A DNA stretch of 64,000 nucleotides, from positions 64,001-128,000 of IMG/VR virus record IMGVR_UViG_3300025617_000007. One strand, given 5' to 3'. This document shows positions 1-8,051 of this stretch, one piece after another; the stretch's first letter is position 1; each line of letters opens with the position of its first letter. Source of the DNA: a virus. Position numbers and translations under genes: made by a program. Below the pieces are notes generated by a model. The model made no database searches, had not been told where the DNA came from, and saw only the letters and a list, made by a program, of their open reading frames with translations.

Positions 1-644
1 TCTAACATTGTGCTTCTTATGAACTTAGAGTCAGCAATTGGTAAACTATTTACGAATTGTGAAATCTGTTCTCTATCTTCATTTCCGTCAATCGAGACTA
101 TATGTTTCTCTAATCTTTTAGTGATTAAAGGTACTGTAACATTTGCGGGATATTGGTCCCTTAAATTAGATAAATCGTTAGTATCTCTCATGGTTAACAA
201 CCTACAAACAACGTTTACCCCTGACTTAGGAAGATTCATTTCAAAAAATCCTTTATCATTTGGTTTTATTTTTGGTTGTTTAATATCTAACTCATCTAAA
301 AGAATTGTTTTCTCAAAAGATTTTTTTGTTTTTGGGTCAACTAAATTAAAAATATATTCAGGTCCAAATGCTGTGTTTCTAAGAAAAATTAGAATAGCTT
401 CAACATCACCTTCTAACAAGTCCTCAGAATTTGTATCAGGTTCATAAATTTTATTTTTAAGTAGTGTTTGAACTAAATTGGTATCATTAACGTTAGATAA
501 CAAGATATTTTCATCTTGAGCCGTTAGATATCCCACCTTAATTGACTTCTTTTTGTTAGTGTAAAAAAGTCCTTGAGAAGGTAATGGTACCACATCGTGT
601 GGTAAGTTCATATTCATTTGTCCGTATTGTTGTGCTTGGTCCAT
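1..644 (-). CDS. Baseplate hub assembly protein, T4 gp26-like (partial; runs off the window start)
   Basis: Manual translation from ATG at 644: MDQAQQYGQMNMNLPHDVVPLPSQGLFY...KVGYLTAQDENIL. The 'LPSxG..Y / T..DE.IL' pattern is typical of gp26-like proteins. The + strand ORF 10..447 is its antisense shadow. Confidence 0.7.
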   Translation of the reverse strand, partial: MDQAQQYGQMNMNLPHDVVPLPSQGLFYTNKKKSIKVGYLTAQDENILLSNVNDTNLVQTLLKNKIYEPDTNSEDLLEGDVEAILIFLRNTAFGPEYIFNLVDPKTKKSFEKTILLDELDIKQPKIKPNDKGFFEMNLPKSGVNVVCRLLTMRDTNDLSNLRDQYPANVTVPLITKRLEKHIVSIDGNEDREQISQFVNSLPIADSKFIRSTML

Positions 645-660
645 AATCTTTAAAATAAAA

Positions 661-692
661 AAACCATAGAAGTTTATATACCTCTATGGTTT
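661..692 (-). terminator. Intrinsic terminator after the tail tube gene
   Basis: Stem aaaccataga/tctatggttt followed by a U-tract on the minus strand. Confidence 0.65.
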
Positions 693-735
693 TAAATATA
701 TAGGTGATTGATTTTTAATCAATACTTTTTTTATA

Positions 736-1224
736 TTAGTAAACCAAAATACATCTATCAGGACGTAAAGTTGCCGAAATTGTAGCTAACGCATCGTCAC
801 TATAACCTAAACTATCAAAGTTAACATCTGTTAAGAATGTCCCTTGAAGAATCCATTTTTCCACTGCAACACCTGTTGGGTCTAACATTTCTAAATCGAT
901 ATCTTTTTTATATCCCGCAGCATAACCCATACGACCCGTTACGGACTCTGAGTGTAATCTAACCCATTCCATCAGTGCTTGAGCAGCTGAAGGACCTATT
1001 GGGTCACGGAAAGTTACGTTTATGGTATTCCAAGTGAATCTACCAGCCACATACGTAGATGTGTTTAGAAAAGGAATTTCAGTTGCCCCTATTTGGATGT
1101 TAGGTCTTGAAGTTGACTCTACATACCAAGAGTTAATCCCCAATGAAGTAGGAAATGATAGGATAAACCTATTTTTTCTTTTAGGTTCATAAGGAACGGG
1201 CATTTTCATTAATAAATCAGCCAT
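736..1224 (-). CDS. gp19: Tail tube protein, T4 gp19-like
   Basis: 162 aa with EPKRKNRF, 'W..I.VTFRDP', 'GY...YKKDI.LEMLDP.G..VEKW.L.G.F'; lies downstream of the sheath gene. Confidence 0.85.
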   Translation of the reverse strand: MADLLMKMPVPYEPKRKNRFILSFPTSLGINSWYVESTSRPNIQIGATEIPFLNTSTYVAGRFTWNTINVTFRDPIGPSAAQALMEWVRLHSESVTGRMGYAAGYKKDIDLEMLDPTGVAVEKWILQGTFLTDVNFDSLGYSDDALATISATLRPDRCILVY

Positions 1225-1351
1225 AATATTTTGGTTTTTTTAGTTCTTGTGTTTATTTTATTATAAATATCAACAACAAAAGTTTTTCTATTTACTTTTA
1301 TTTTTTTTTCAGTAAGTTCCACTAGAAGATAATATAAAACTAGAAAAATAA

Positions 1352-2203
1352 TTAAATTTCTTTTTTATCTCCTCCTTTAGTTAAATAAGTTCTTACTGGT
1401 TTATCTTCATACTCATTATCTAGAAATGCTTTAATTTTTTCTACATTTCCTGGGTCATCGTCAGAAAACCCTATCATTGGTATAAAATTATTTTTAACAT
1501 CATTTTTAAGGAAAGCTCTTTTTCCTAATCTCTCACTCATACTTTTAACGTAAGTGATAAATTCTCTTAAAGCCTTTATTTTACCTTCCTCAGGATTTGA
1601 CGCTGAACCCTCCCCATAAGTTACAGGATAATATTTACAAAGGTCCAAATATTCATTAATCATTGTTTGACCATCTTTGGACACATCCCCTGTCATATTT
1701 CTGTATTTTTTTAAATTCTCAATAAGGGTATCTTTACTAATACCATTATGTTCGGTAACTATAAAATTATAAATGGACTCTCTAAGAACTGAAGGTGTAT
1801 GACCTCTAGCAGTGATAATTGCAAAGATTGAACCTCCATTTATACATTCTACAAAATCATCCCAAGACGGTCCGATAGTTGCCATCATTGAGTCAATAAT
1901 AAAAGCATTGTCTCCTTTTACTCCGAAATTTCTATATGGGTCACTAGCATAACCAACAATCATAGTGTTTTTATACTCAAAAGGTTCTTTACCTATCATT
2001 GCACGGTAATCTGCAAAGTCTTCCGTAGACATTCCGATTTCTTCATCGTTTTCACTTAAAAGAATAATTTGAGTCGGCATCGTTACGATATTATCGTCCC
2101 AATCAAAGGCATAATATTTTAAATCTGGATTACCCTCAGTGTCGAAACCTTCTTTTAATTGTTTTTCTTCGATGAATTCTCTTATGATTCTTTTAATCGA
2201 CAT
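1352..2203 (-). CDS. HAD-superfamily phosphatase-like protein with N-terminal leader
   Basis: Motif I FDWDD, motif II IITARG, conserved Lys (GKIKA), motif IV GFSDDD. Confidence 0.65.
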   Translation of the reverse strand: MSIKRIIREFIEEKQLKEGFDTEGNPDLKYYAFDWDDNIVTMPTQIILLSENDEEIGMSTEDFADYRAMIGKEPFEYKNTMIVGYASDPYRNFGVKGDNAFIIDSMMATIGPSWDDFVECINGGSIFAIITARGHTPSVLRESIYNFIVTEHNGISKDTLIENLKKYRNMTGDVSKDGQTMINEYLDLCKYYPVTYGEGSASNPEEGKIKALREFITYVKSMSERLGKRAFLKNDVKNNFIPMIGFSDDDPGNVEKIKAFLDNEYEDKPVRTYLTKGGDKKEI

Positions 2204-2346
2204 TACTTATTGGTTTTTATTTTTTCAATTAATCTTTCCAATTGAGACTCAGAAATCACAATATTTTGTGGTTTTTCTGAAAACGATTTTTTGTTGTTAG
2301 TATTAATATCTAACGCTTCGTTAAGTGTTTTCTTTTTAAATTCCAT
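2203..2346 (-). CDS. 47-aa micro-protein (not in the ORF track)
   Basis: MEFKKKTLNEALDINTNNKKSFSEKPQNIVISESQLERLIEKIKTNK*. Its stop overlaps the next ATG (TAATG) and a late motif lies at 2404-2411. Confidence 0.7.
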   Translation of the reverse strand: MEFKKKTLNEALDINTNNKKSFSEKPQNIVISESQLERLIEKIKTNK

Positions 2347-2380
2347 TTTTTTTTAGTTTAAAAGTTTAATAAAGGCTAAT

Positions 2381-2399
2381 GGGGACCATAGTGGTCCCC
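2381..2399. other. GC-rich hairpin GGGGACCA-tag-TGGTCCCC
   Basis: Perfect 8-bp inverted repeat after the sheath gene; no immediate U-tract on the minus strand. Confidence 0.6.
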
Positions 2400-2421
2400 A
2401 TATTATAAATATATCAAGTGA

Positions 2422-5400
2422 TTAAATATCCTCAAATGATGCACCTGTTGGTGTAATTAAGAATTCAATATCTATGAATTCAAGTGCTCTTGTTGGTTTC
2501 AAGTAAATTTTACCTGTTAACGTATTAGAGTCTAAATCCTCAGGTGTGTTAGAAACGGTAACTCTAAAGTCAATTAAACCACGGTCTCTTCTGATACCAT
2601 CTAAGATTGGGTTTACCGAATCTAAGAACTCTTGTCTTACTTGTTCGTCATTTTGTTCAAACAATAACCTAACTGCTACTGCCGAAATCAATTTACGTGC
2701 TTGTAATAACAATCTTCTCACATTTATTCTATCTAGTGCACTTTCTCTAACTTGAGTAGTTTTATTACCCCATATTACCGTACCAACATCTGAGAAGGTT
2801 GCGATTGGGTTTAATCTACCTTTATAAAGAATGTCTCTATCTTCTTGAGTTAACTTCTTACGTGCCTTAACCGCATTTACTAAACCACGTGTGTATCCCG
2901 CTGATGCGAACCATGGGAACGCAATATTATCAGTTAATGCTAAGTTTCTAACAACCTCTGCAGTAGGTGGGATATAGATTTGTGTATTGTTAACAGTATC
3001 TCTTGTCAACACCCACGGATAGTAAGTTGCAGTATAGTTAGAATCGATTCCCGTTTCAGTTAAATTATCTACCGATTCTTCAGGATATATGAAATTAGTG
3101 TCAAAATCACCTAAAGTTGGTGTAAACATTTTATAATCAGGTGTAGTACAAATATAGATAGAATCTGCTCTGTCTGTTTCGACCATATCAATTGCCTCCT
3201 CAACTAAGTTAGAGTTGTTTACATAATCAATACCTGGTGTTGTAAATATATTAATATTAACCGCTTCAGGATTATGGAAAGTATGTTGACCCCATAAGTA
3301 AGCGTAATAATCAGTATTAGCCCAAGTTAATTGGTCAGGTCCTGTGATTTGTTTGAAAGCACCCCATCCACTAGCGTTTGGATAGTTAATTGATGGTGCA
3401 GCACCTGCTCTATAACCTGCGGAACCTAATTGGAATCTATCACCATTAGTTCTATACTGTCTATAGATGTCCCATCCATCAAAACCACCTGAAGGTGATA
3501 ATGTAAATTTACGAGAATTTAATCTGTAATATGGGTTATTCTCATCTTGTGGTTCACTTCTAAATTCAGCATCTCCCACTTCAAAAGCGGTTTCACCTGA
3601 AGTTGTATATGATGAAGGTATATTAACTATGGTAGCTCCCGAATCCATGTGGAATCCTTTTGTTAAGTATGCCCATGGTTGAGAATCTGTTGCAGTTGAT
3701 ATCTTAGTCGGATTTTGTTTTCCCTTATATTGGAAGAAGTCAGAATCTATACCTACAGTGTTAGAAACACCTAAGTAAACTTTTCTTACTTTATCTCCCG
3801 CAGCCCTAGTTTGATTATCACTTCCTGATGAGTTACCAAATGGTGGATTATAAATTACCTCACCCGGTGTATAATATTTTGTTTTATATTCTAAAAATGG
3901 TGATTTAGAACCTGAATATTGTCTTGTAAGATACCCACGGAAACCACAAGGTAATGAATCTACAGGAGCGTCTTCATTCATCTCTAACATAATGTATTTA
4001 GATTTCAATTCGAAGTCACCATTAGCCGTACCTATTTTTTTAGCGACAAAACTATTTTGATTTGGGTCCATAGAACAATTAGTGAATTTCTCAAGTACTA
4101 CAGGATTTGCGTCAGTATCAAAGAAGTCACGAATAATAACATCAAATGTTCCGTTGTTAAATGAAATATTAATAATAGAAATCTTAATTTCTCTGTTTGC
4201 ACTATTACCGTCAGATATAGTTACAAACTTAAACATATCATAAACTTGAGTACCTCTCAATTCTGAAACAACATATGGAGTTTCAGGGGTTTGATATCTG
4301 TCTAAGTACCAACCAATACCTGTATTGTCGTTATCGGTTCTAGCGCCTTTTAATGGAAGTAATTCACAATCCAAACCTCTAATCATACCTTTTCGGTATC
4401 CGATGTTTAACATTGAATAATATTCTTCTTCTAAAAATAAAGGGACTTCACTCTTTGGTTTAGCAAAATTAGACTTACCAAACACTTTAGAAATGTAATT
4501 AGAGTTTGATATGTCAAACGATGTTTTAAATGTGAATGTGTCACCATCAAACGTAACACCTGATATCGCAAATGTTGAGAATGGGTCTTTGGTCACTGCA
4601 GAATATGAACCTGAACAATCCATTATCACATCAGTTAATCCCGATACTTCATAAACTGGTCCATCATCTGTTGAATATGTTGCGATACCTCTTGAACGTA
4701 AAGTTGCAACAACTAAATCATTATATTGTGTCATCGGTGTGCCTGTGTAGTTAGTAACATAAACTACTGCGGTACCCGAATAGTTAGAGCCTACAGTGTT
4801 AACCATACTATCTACTCCTAAACCAAAACCTGTACCGTTATAAACACCTGCAGTTGCACTGAATAATGAGTAATACCATGGGTCGTTTTCAGATGATGTT
4901 AAATTATTATTTTCAAATAATATATTATCTACACCATAGACATTAGTATTTCCAGTATAATTTGGAGTTGCACCGGTTAAGTTATTAAATGTGGTACTAG
5001 TTACTGAACCCCAAAAGTATGCTGTAGAACCTGATGATGATGGTGATACGATTTCACCGTATAGATATTCTTCCATGTCACCTAAAATAGTTGACTCTCC
5101 ACCTGTATATGTAGTATATGGGTCTGTAATCACATCCTCTATTGATGGGGGTAATGATGAATAGTCAGTAACAGAGAAAGTGGTACTATCACCTGAAGTT
5201 CCTGAAAACTCGATAGTGAATGGGCCACTAACAGAATCAACTGTTGTCCCTGAACTGTCTAAATTACCTACAGTTTTTATAGACCAAGAAGGTCCTGCGT
5301 CATACCCTGATAATCCAAGTACTCTTGTTACGAACAATTGATTTGATTGTTGTAAGTAAGCCTTTGCAATATACGCTGCTTCGTACTTTGGAATCTGAGT

Positions 5401-5607
5401 ATTCACGAATTTTGTTGGATTTGTACCACCGAAGTAGGCTTGATACTCGTCAAAGTTTGAGATGAAAATAGGTTCGAATGCTGGACCCGAAAGAGTTTCA
5501 CCTACAATACCAAGAGTAGTTACACCTACGCTTTGTGCTACAAAACTTAAATCTCTTTCAGATGTATAAACACCTGGAGAAACGAATACTTTGTTTGCTG
5601 TCGCCAT
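2422..5607 (-). CDS. gp18: Tail sheath protein, T4 gp18-like
   Basis: N-terminal SPGVYTSERDLS; C-terminal PWFASAGYTRG, RINVRRLL and FEQND..R..F...V...L..I...RGL.DFRV; final IYLKPTRALEFIDIEF. Confidence 0.95.
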   Translation of the reverse strand: MATANKVFVSPGVYTSERDLSFVAQSVGVTTLGIVGETLSGPAFEPIFISNFDEYQAYFGGTNPTKFVNTQIPKYEAAYIAKAYLQQSNQLFVTRVLGLSGYDAGPSWSIKTVGNLDSSGTTVDSVSGPFTIEFSGTSGDSTTFSVTDYSSLPPSIEDVITDPYTTYTGGESTILGDMEEYLYGEIVSPSSSGSTAYFWGSVTSTTFNNLTGATPNYTGNTNVYGVDNILFENNNLTSSENDPWYYSLFSATAGVYNGTGFGLGVDSMVNTVGSNYSGTAVVYVTNYTGTPMTQYNDLVVATLRSRGIATYSTDDGPVYEVSGLTDVIMDCSGSYSAVTKDPFSTFAISGVTFDGDTFTFKTSFDISNSNYISKVFGKSNFAKPKSEVPLFLEEEYYSMLNIGYRKGMIRGLDCELLPLKGARTDNDNTGIGWYLDRYQTPETPYVVSELRGTQVYDMFKFVTISDGNSANREIKISIINISFNNGTFDVIIRDFFDTDANPVVLEKFTNCSMDPNQNSFVAKKIGTANGDFELKSKYIMLEMNEDAPVDSLPCGFRGYLTRQYSGSKSPFLEYKTKYYTPGEVIYNPPFGNSSGSDNQTRAAGDKVRKVYLGVSNTVGIDSDFFQYKGKQNPTKISTATDSQPWAYLTKGFHMDSGATIVNIPSSYTTSGETAFEVGDAEFRSEPQDENNPYYRLNSRKFTLSPSGGFDGWDIYRQYRTNGDRFQLGSAGYRAGAAPSINYPNASGWGAFKQITGPDQLTWANTDYYAYLWGQHTFHNPEAVNINIFTTPGIDYVNNSNLVEEAIDMVETDRADSIYICTTPDYKMFTPTLGDFDTNFIYPEESVDNLTETGIDSNYTATYYPWVLTRDTVNNTQIYIPPTAEVVRNLALTDNIAFPWFASAGYTRGLVNAVKARKKLTQEDRDILYKGRLNPIATFSDVGTVIWGNKTTQVRESALDRINVRRLLLQARKLISAVAVRLLFEQNDEQVRQEFLDSVNPILDGIRRDRGLIDFRVTVSNTPEDLDSNTLTGKIYLKPTRALEFIDIEFLITPTGASFEDI

Positions 5608-5740
5608 TGTTAAAAAATTTCTTTAGTTTTATTTATTAGATAAATATTAAGTAATTTACCAAAAAACTAATCAGGTGACACCATATTTATAAAGTGTATG
5701 AAAAAAGTATGCCTTTTTTCTACCTTTTAAAAAAATAACT

Positions 5741-5890
5741 ATGGCAAGAATAAAAAACATAAAAATTTCGCCTGAGTCACATCAGATACTTAAAAAGTAT
5801 TGTGAAAAACACGGACTTAAGATGTATAAGTTTTTAGAAAAATTAATCGAAGATAACTGTGAAGAAGTTACTGATATTTACGGAGAATGA
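5741..5890 (+). CDS. 49-aa ribbon-helix-helix DNA-binding protein (not in the ORF track)
   Basis: MARIKNIKISPESHQILKKYCEKHGLKMYKFLEKLIEDNCEEVTDIYGE: beta-strand, helix, Gly turn, helix, as in the CopG/Arc fold. Confidence 0.65.
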   Translation: MARIKNIKISPESHQILKKYCEKHGLKMYKFLEKLIEDNCEEVTDIYGE

Positions 5891-6931
5891 TTAAAGGAGT
5901 CTAGCTCTTGTTAGTATGTTAGACTTTTTATTCGTATCAATTTTTTCGACTTCTATCTTAATAGTGTCGTTAGTACTTATCTTAATAGTTTCTATATCGT
6001 CACCAATATAGTCATCGTTAATGTATACAGAATATGAGTCTACGTTATCCGTATCTTCCACAGATAAATCAACTCTATATCTATAAGTTTCAGTAAGTGC
6101 AGAAATTCCATTATTAAAGATAATATCTAAATCAAAATTTTGAGGATTTGATGGGTATTTGTTTGCTCTTCTTTTAGTATTAAATGTGTCCACTTCTAAA
6201 AAAGTTGCAGTTCTAGATATTGCGGGAGATACTTCAAATTCTTCTTCATCTAAAAGAAATCCCATCATAAGAAATTCATAATTTTGTACATAATATTTTC
6301 TTTTTTCAATATCTAAAACAGATTCATCAGAGCTATTATTTAAAATTATCGGAATGTAATGTCCTTTTATTTCTGCATATGACTGACGAGACGAAAACTT
6401 CTGTAAAACTTTTTTATTAAAGTCATTTAGTTCTCTCATTTTATTACAGAATATTTTAACATTAAATGTTATATCTACAGGAACGGGTTGAGGTATTTTA
6501 TATACGTCTATTCCTTTTCTTTGTCCGTCCCATGTTGGAACTTTGGCATAATAAAATTGTTTTCTGTTCGGTATGGTATATTGTAAAGACGGGTTGGTTC
6601 CAAACTTAACATCAGGATTTCTAACTGTTGCAACGAATGGAGGTTTAATATTTTTATCTAAATCTTGAAAATTCCAAGTTTCAGTAAACTGTGCCCAATT
6701 CTGTGTGGTAATAATTAAATCTATTGTTGGTATTTTTTTACCTGAAACAGAAATTTCTAATTCGTCTTTAACAAAATCCAACATTCCACGGTCTAAATCC
6801 GCATGTAAAATCGATTTAGGCAAATAAGTACCATCTTCCTGAATTCTATCTAATAATTCTTCTCTTCTATCTAAAAGAATTTTTTCAGGACTTAGCGGTA
6901 AATGTTTTTTTATTTTTTTAGGTAATGCCAT
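5891..6931 (-). CDS. Tail completion/sheath terminator-like protein (gp15/gp3-like)
   Basis: 'PQPVPVDITFNVKIF' pattern and position between neck and sheath genes. Confidence 0.55.
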   Translation of the reverse strand: MALPKKIKKHLPLSPEKILLDRREELLDRIQEDGTYLPKSILHADLDRGMLDFVKDELEISVSGKKIPTIDLIITTQNWAQFTETWNFQDLDKNIKPPFVATVRNPDVKFGTNPSLQYTIPNRKQFYYAKVPTWDGQRKGIDVYKIPQPVPVDITFNVKIFCNKMRELNDFNKKVLQKFSSRQSYAEIKGHYIPIILNNSSDESVLDIEKRKYYVQNYEFLMMGFLLDEEEFEVSPAISRTATFLEVDTFNTKRRANKYPSNPQNFDLDIIFNNGISALTETYRYRVDLSVEDTDNVDSYSVYINDDYIGDDIETIKISTNDTIKIEVEKIDTNKKSNILTRARLL

Positions 6932-7491
6932 TATCTTTTTATTTCACTAATAAAAAATACTTTATTTTTTGAATTAACCATCTCTACTTCTTTTGCGTTG
7001 TAGATTGGTTCTTTAGTGTCTTTCATAATAAATGAATCATATTTGTATGGGTTATAAGTTACAATATTATTACTTGGCTCATCAGGTATATTTTTACAAG
7101 GATAGTCACAATAATCAAGTAATGTTCCAATAATAAATGCGTGGACATTTTTTCTTTTTTCTTTTCTAACTTTATTCATACCGCCTTCTCTTACTCTAAA
7201 CTCGACATCTTCTAATTTAACAAAATCTGCGTGTTTAATAACTTTACCTTTGTACTGTACTGAAAATGTGTGTTTATGTAAATTATAATAAACCATAACT
7301 TTTTTACCGATATAATTTATTTCTTCATTATCATTCCAACATTTATGACAAATATAAGGGTCATCACCTCCATCGCTTAAATCCCACGACCATCCACAGT
7401 TGTCGCATATAACTTTACCGTCCACAATCTCTTCACATAGATATGACATTCTATTTTTAATAAACTTAATTTCCTTTAATAATTTACTCAT
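6931..7491 (-). CDS. Hypothetical protein: Zn ribbon (CDNC...CHKC) fused to a conserved phage domain
   Basis: CxxC pairs, then VMVYYNLHKHTFSV...EKRKNVHAF. Confidence 0.5.
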   Translation of the reverse strand: MSKLLKEIKFIKNRMSYLCEEIVDGKVICDNCGWSWDLSDGGDDPYICHKCWNDNEEINYIGKKVMVYYNLHKHTFSVQYKGKVIKHADFVKLEDVEFRVREGGMNKVRKEKRKNVHAFIIGTLLDYCDYPCKNIPDEPSNNIVTYNPYKYDSFIMKDTKEPIYNAKEVEMVNSKNKVFFISEIKR

Positions 7492-8003
7492 ATACCTTTA
7501 AATTCTCCATCATTAATTGGTGATGCAACTATACTTCTATAAAATGGTTTATATCCACCATAAGTATGTTTATTATCACTAACAACACGTCCATCATTAA
7601 CTACTGAATAATATCTCACTCTTTTTTCAGTTTCGTAATAACCAATATAATCACCATAAGATATGTCAATATTTAACTCATCAAGTGCGTTTTGATACAC
7701 ACCCACTTTTAAATTACCTGGTTCCATTTGAGACATTCGTGAATTAGCGTAGTCCGTATTATCAGGTTGTTCAATAGTTACATAACCCCTAAATTCTACT
7801 GGTGGTAAAAACTTAATACCATCTTCTTCGGTTTCACCATAGACATCGTCAGTCTTAGTTTTTTGACGGTCGACACGATATAAGACTAAGGTAAAATTCA
7901 TATCACCCTCAAGCCATTCTCGTCCCATATTTTGTTCTAATGCAAAATCTTCGGAACCAAAAAACTTATCTAAACGTGTTATAGGTATCTTTCTTCCACT
8001 CAT
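7488..8003 (-). CDS. Neck/head-completion protein, gp14-like (likely start 8003, MSGRKIP)
   Basis: Size and context fit; late motif at 8009-8016 directly precedes ATG 8003, so the ORF-track start at 8057 looks over-extended. Confidence 0.55.
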   Translation of the reverse strand: MSGRKIPITRLDKFFGSEDFALEQNMGREWLEGDMNFTLVLYRVDRQKTKTDDVYGETEEDGIKFLPPVEFRGYVTIEQPDNTDYANSRMSQMEPGNLKVGVYQNALDELNIDISYGDYIGYYETEKRVRYYSVVNDGRVVSDNKHTYGGYKPFYRSIVASPINDGEFKGI

Positions 8004-8051
8004 ATATTGATAAATAGTTTGTTTATTGTTATATTTAATAAATATTTCACT

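Noticed and set aside
10-447. Plus-strand 145-aa ORF
   Set aside because: Antisense shadow of the minus-strand gp26-like gene (start 644), which has recognisable motifs.
695-722. TTGATT-N16-TATATT as a promoter for the gp26-like gene
   Set aside because: Plausible, but it sits at the edge of the tail-tube terminator in very AT-rich DNA; too weak to list as a feature.
1262-1269. TATAAATA read as a classic T4 late promoter
   Set aside because: It occurs on the non-coding strand relative to the downstream genes; the coding-strand form is consistently TATTTAT.
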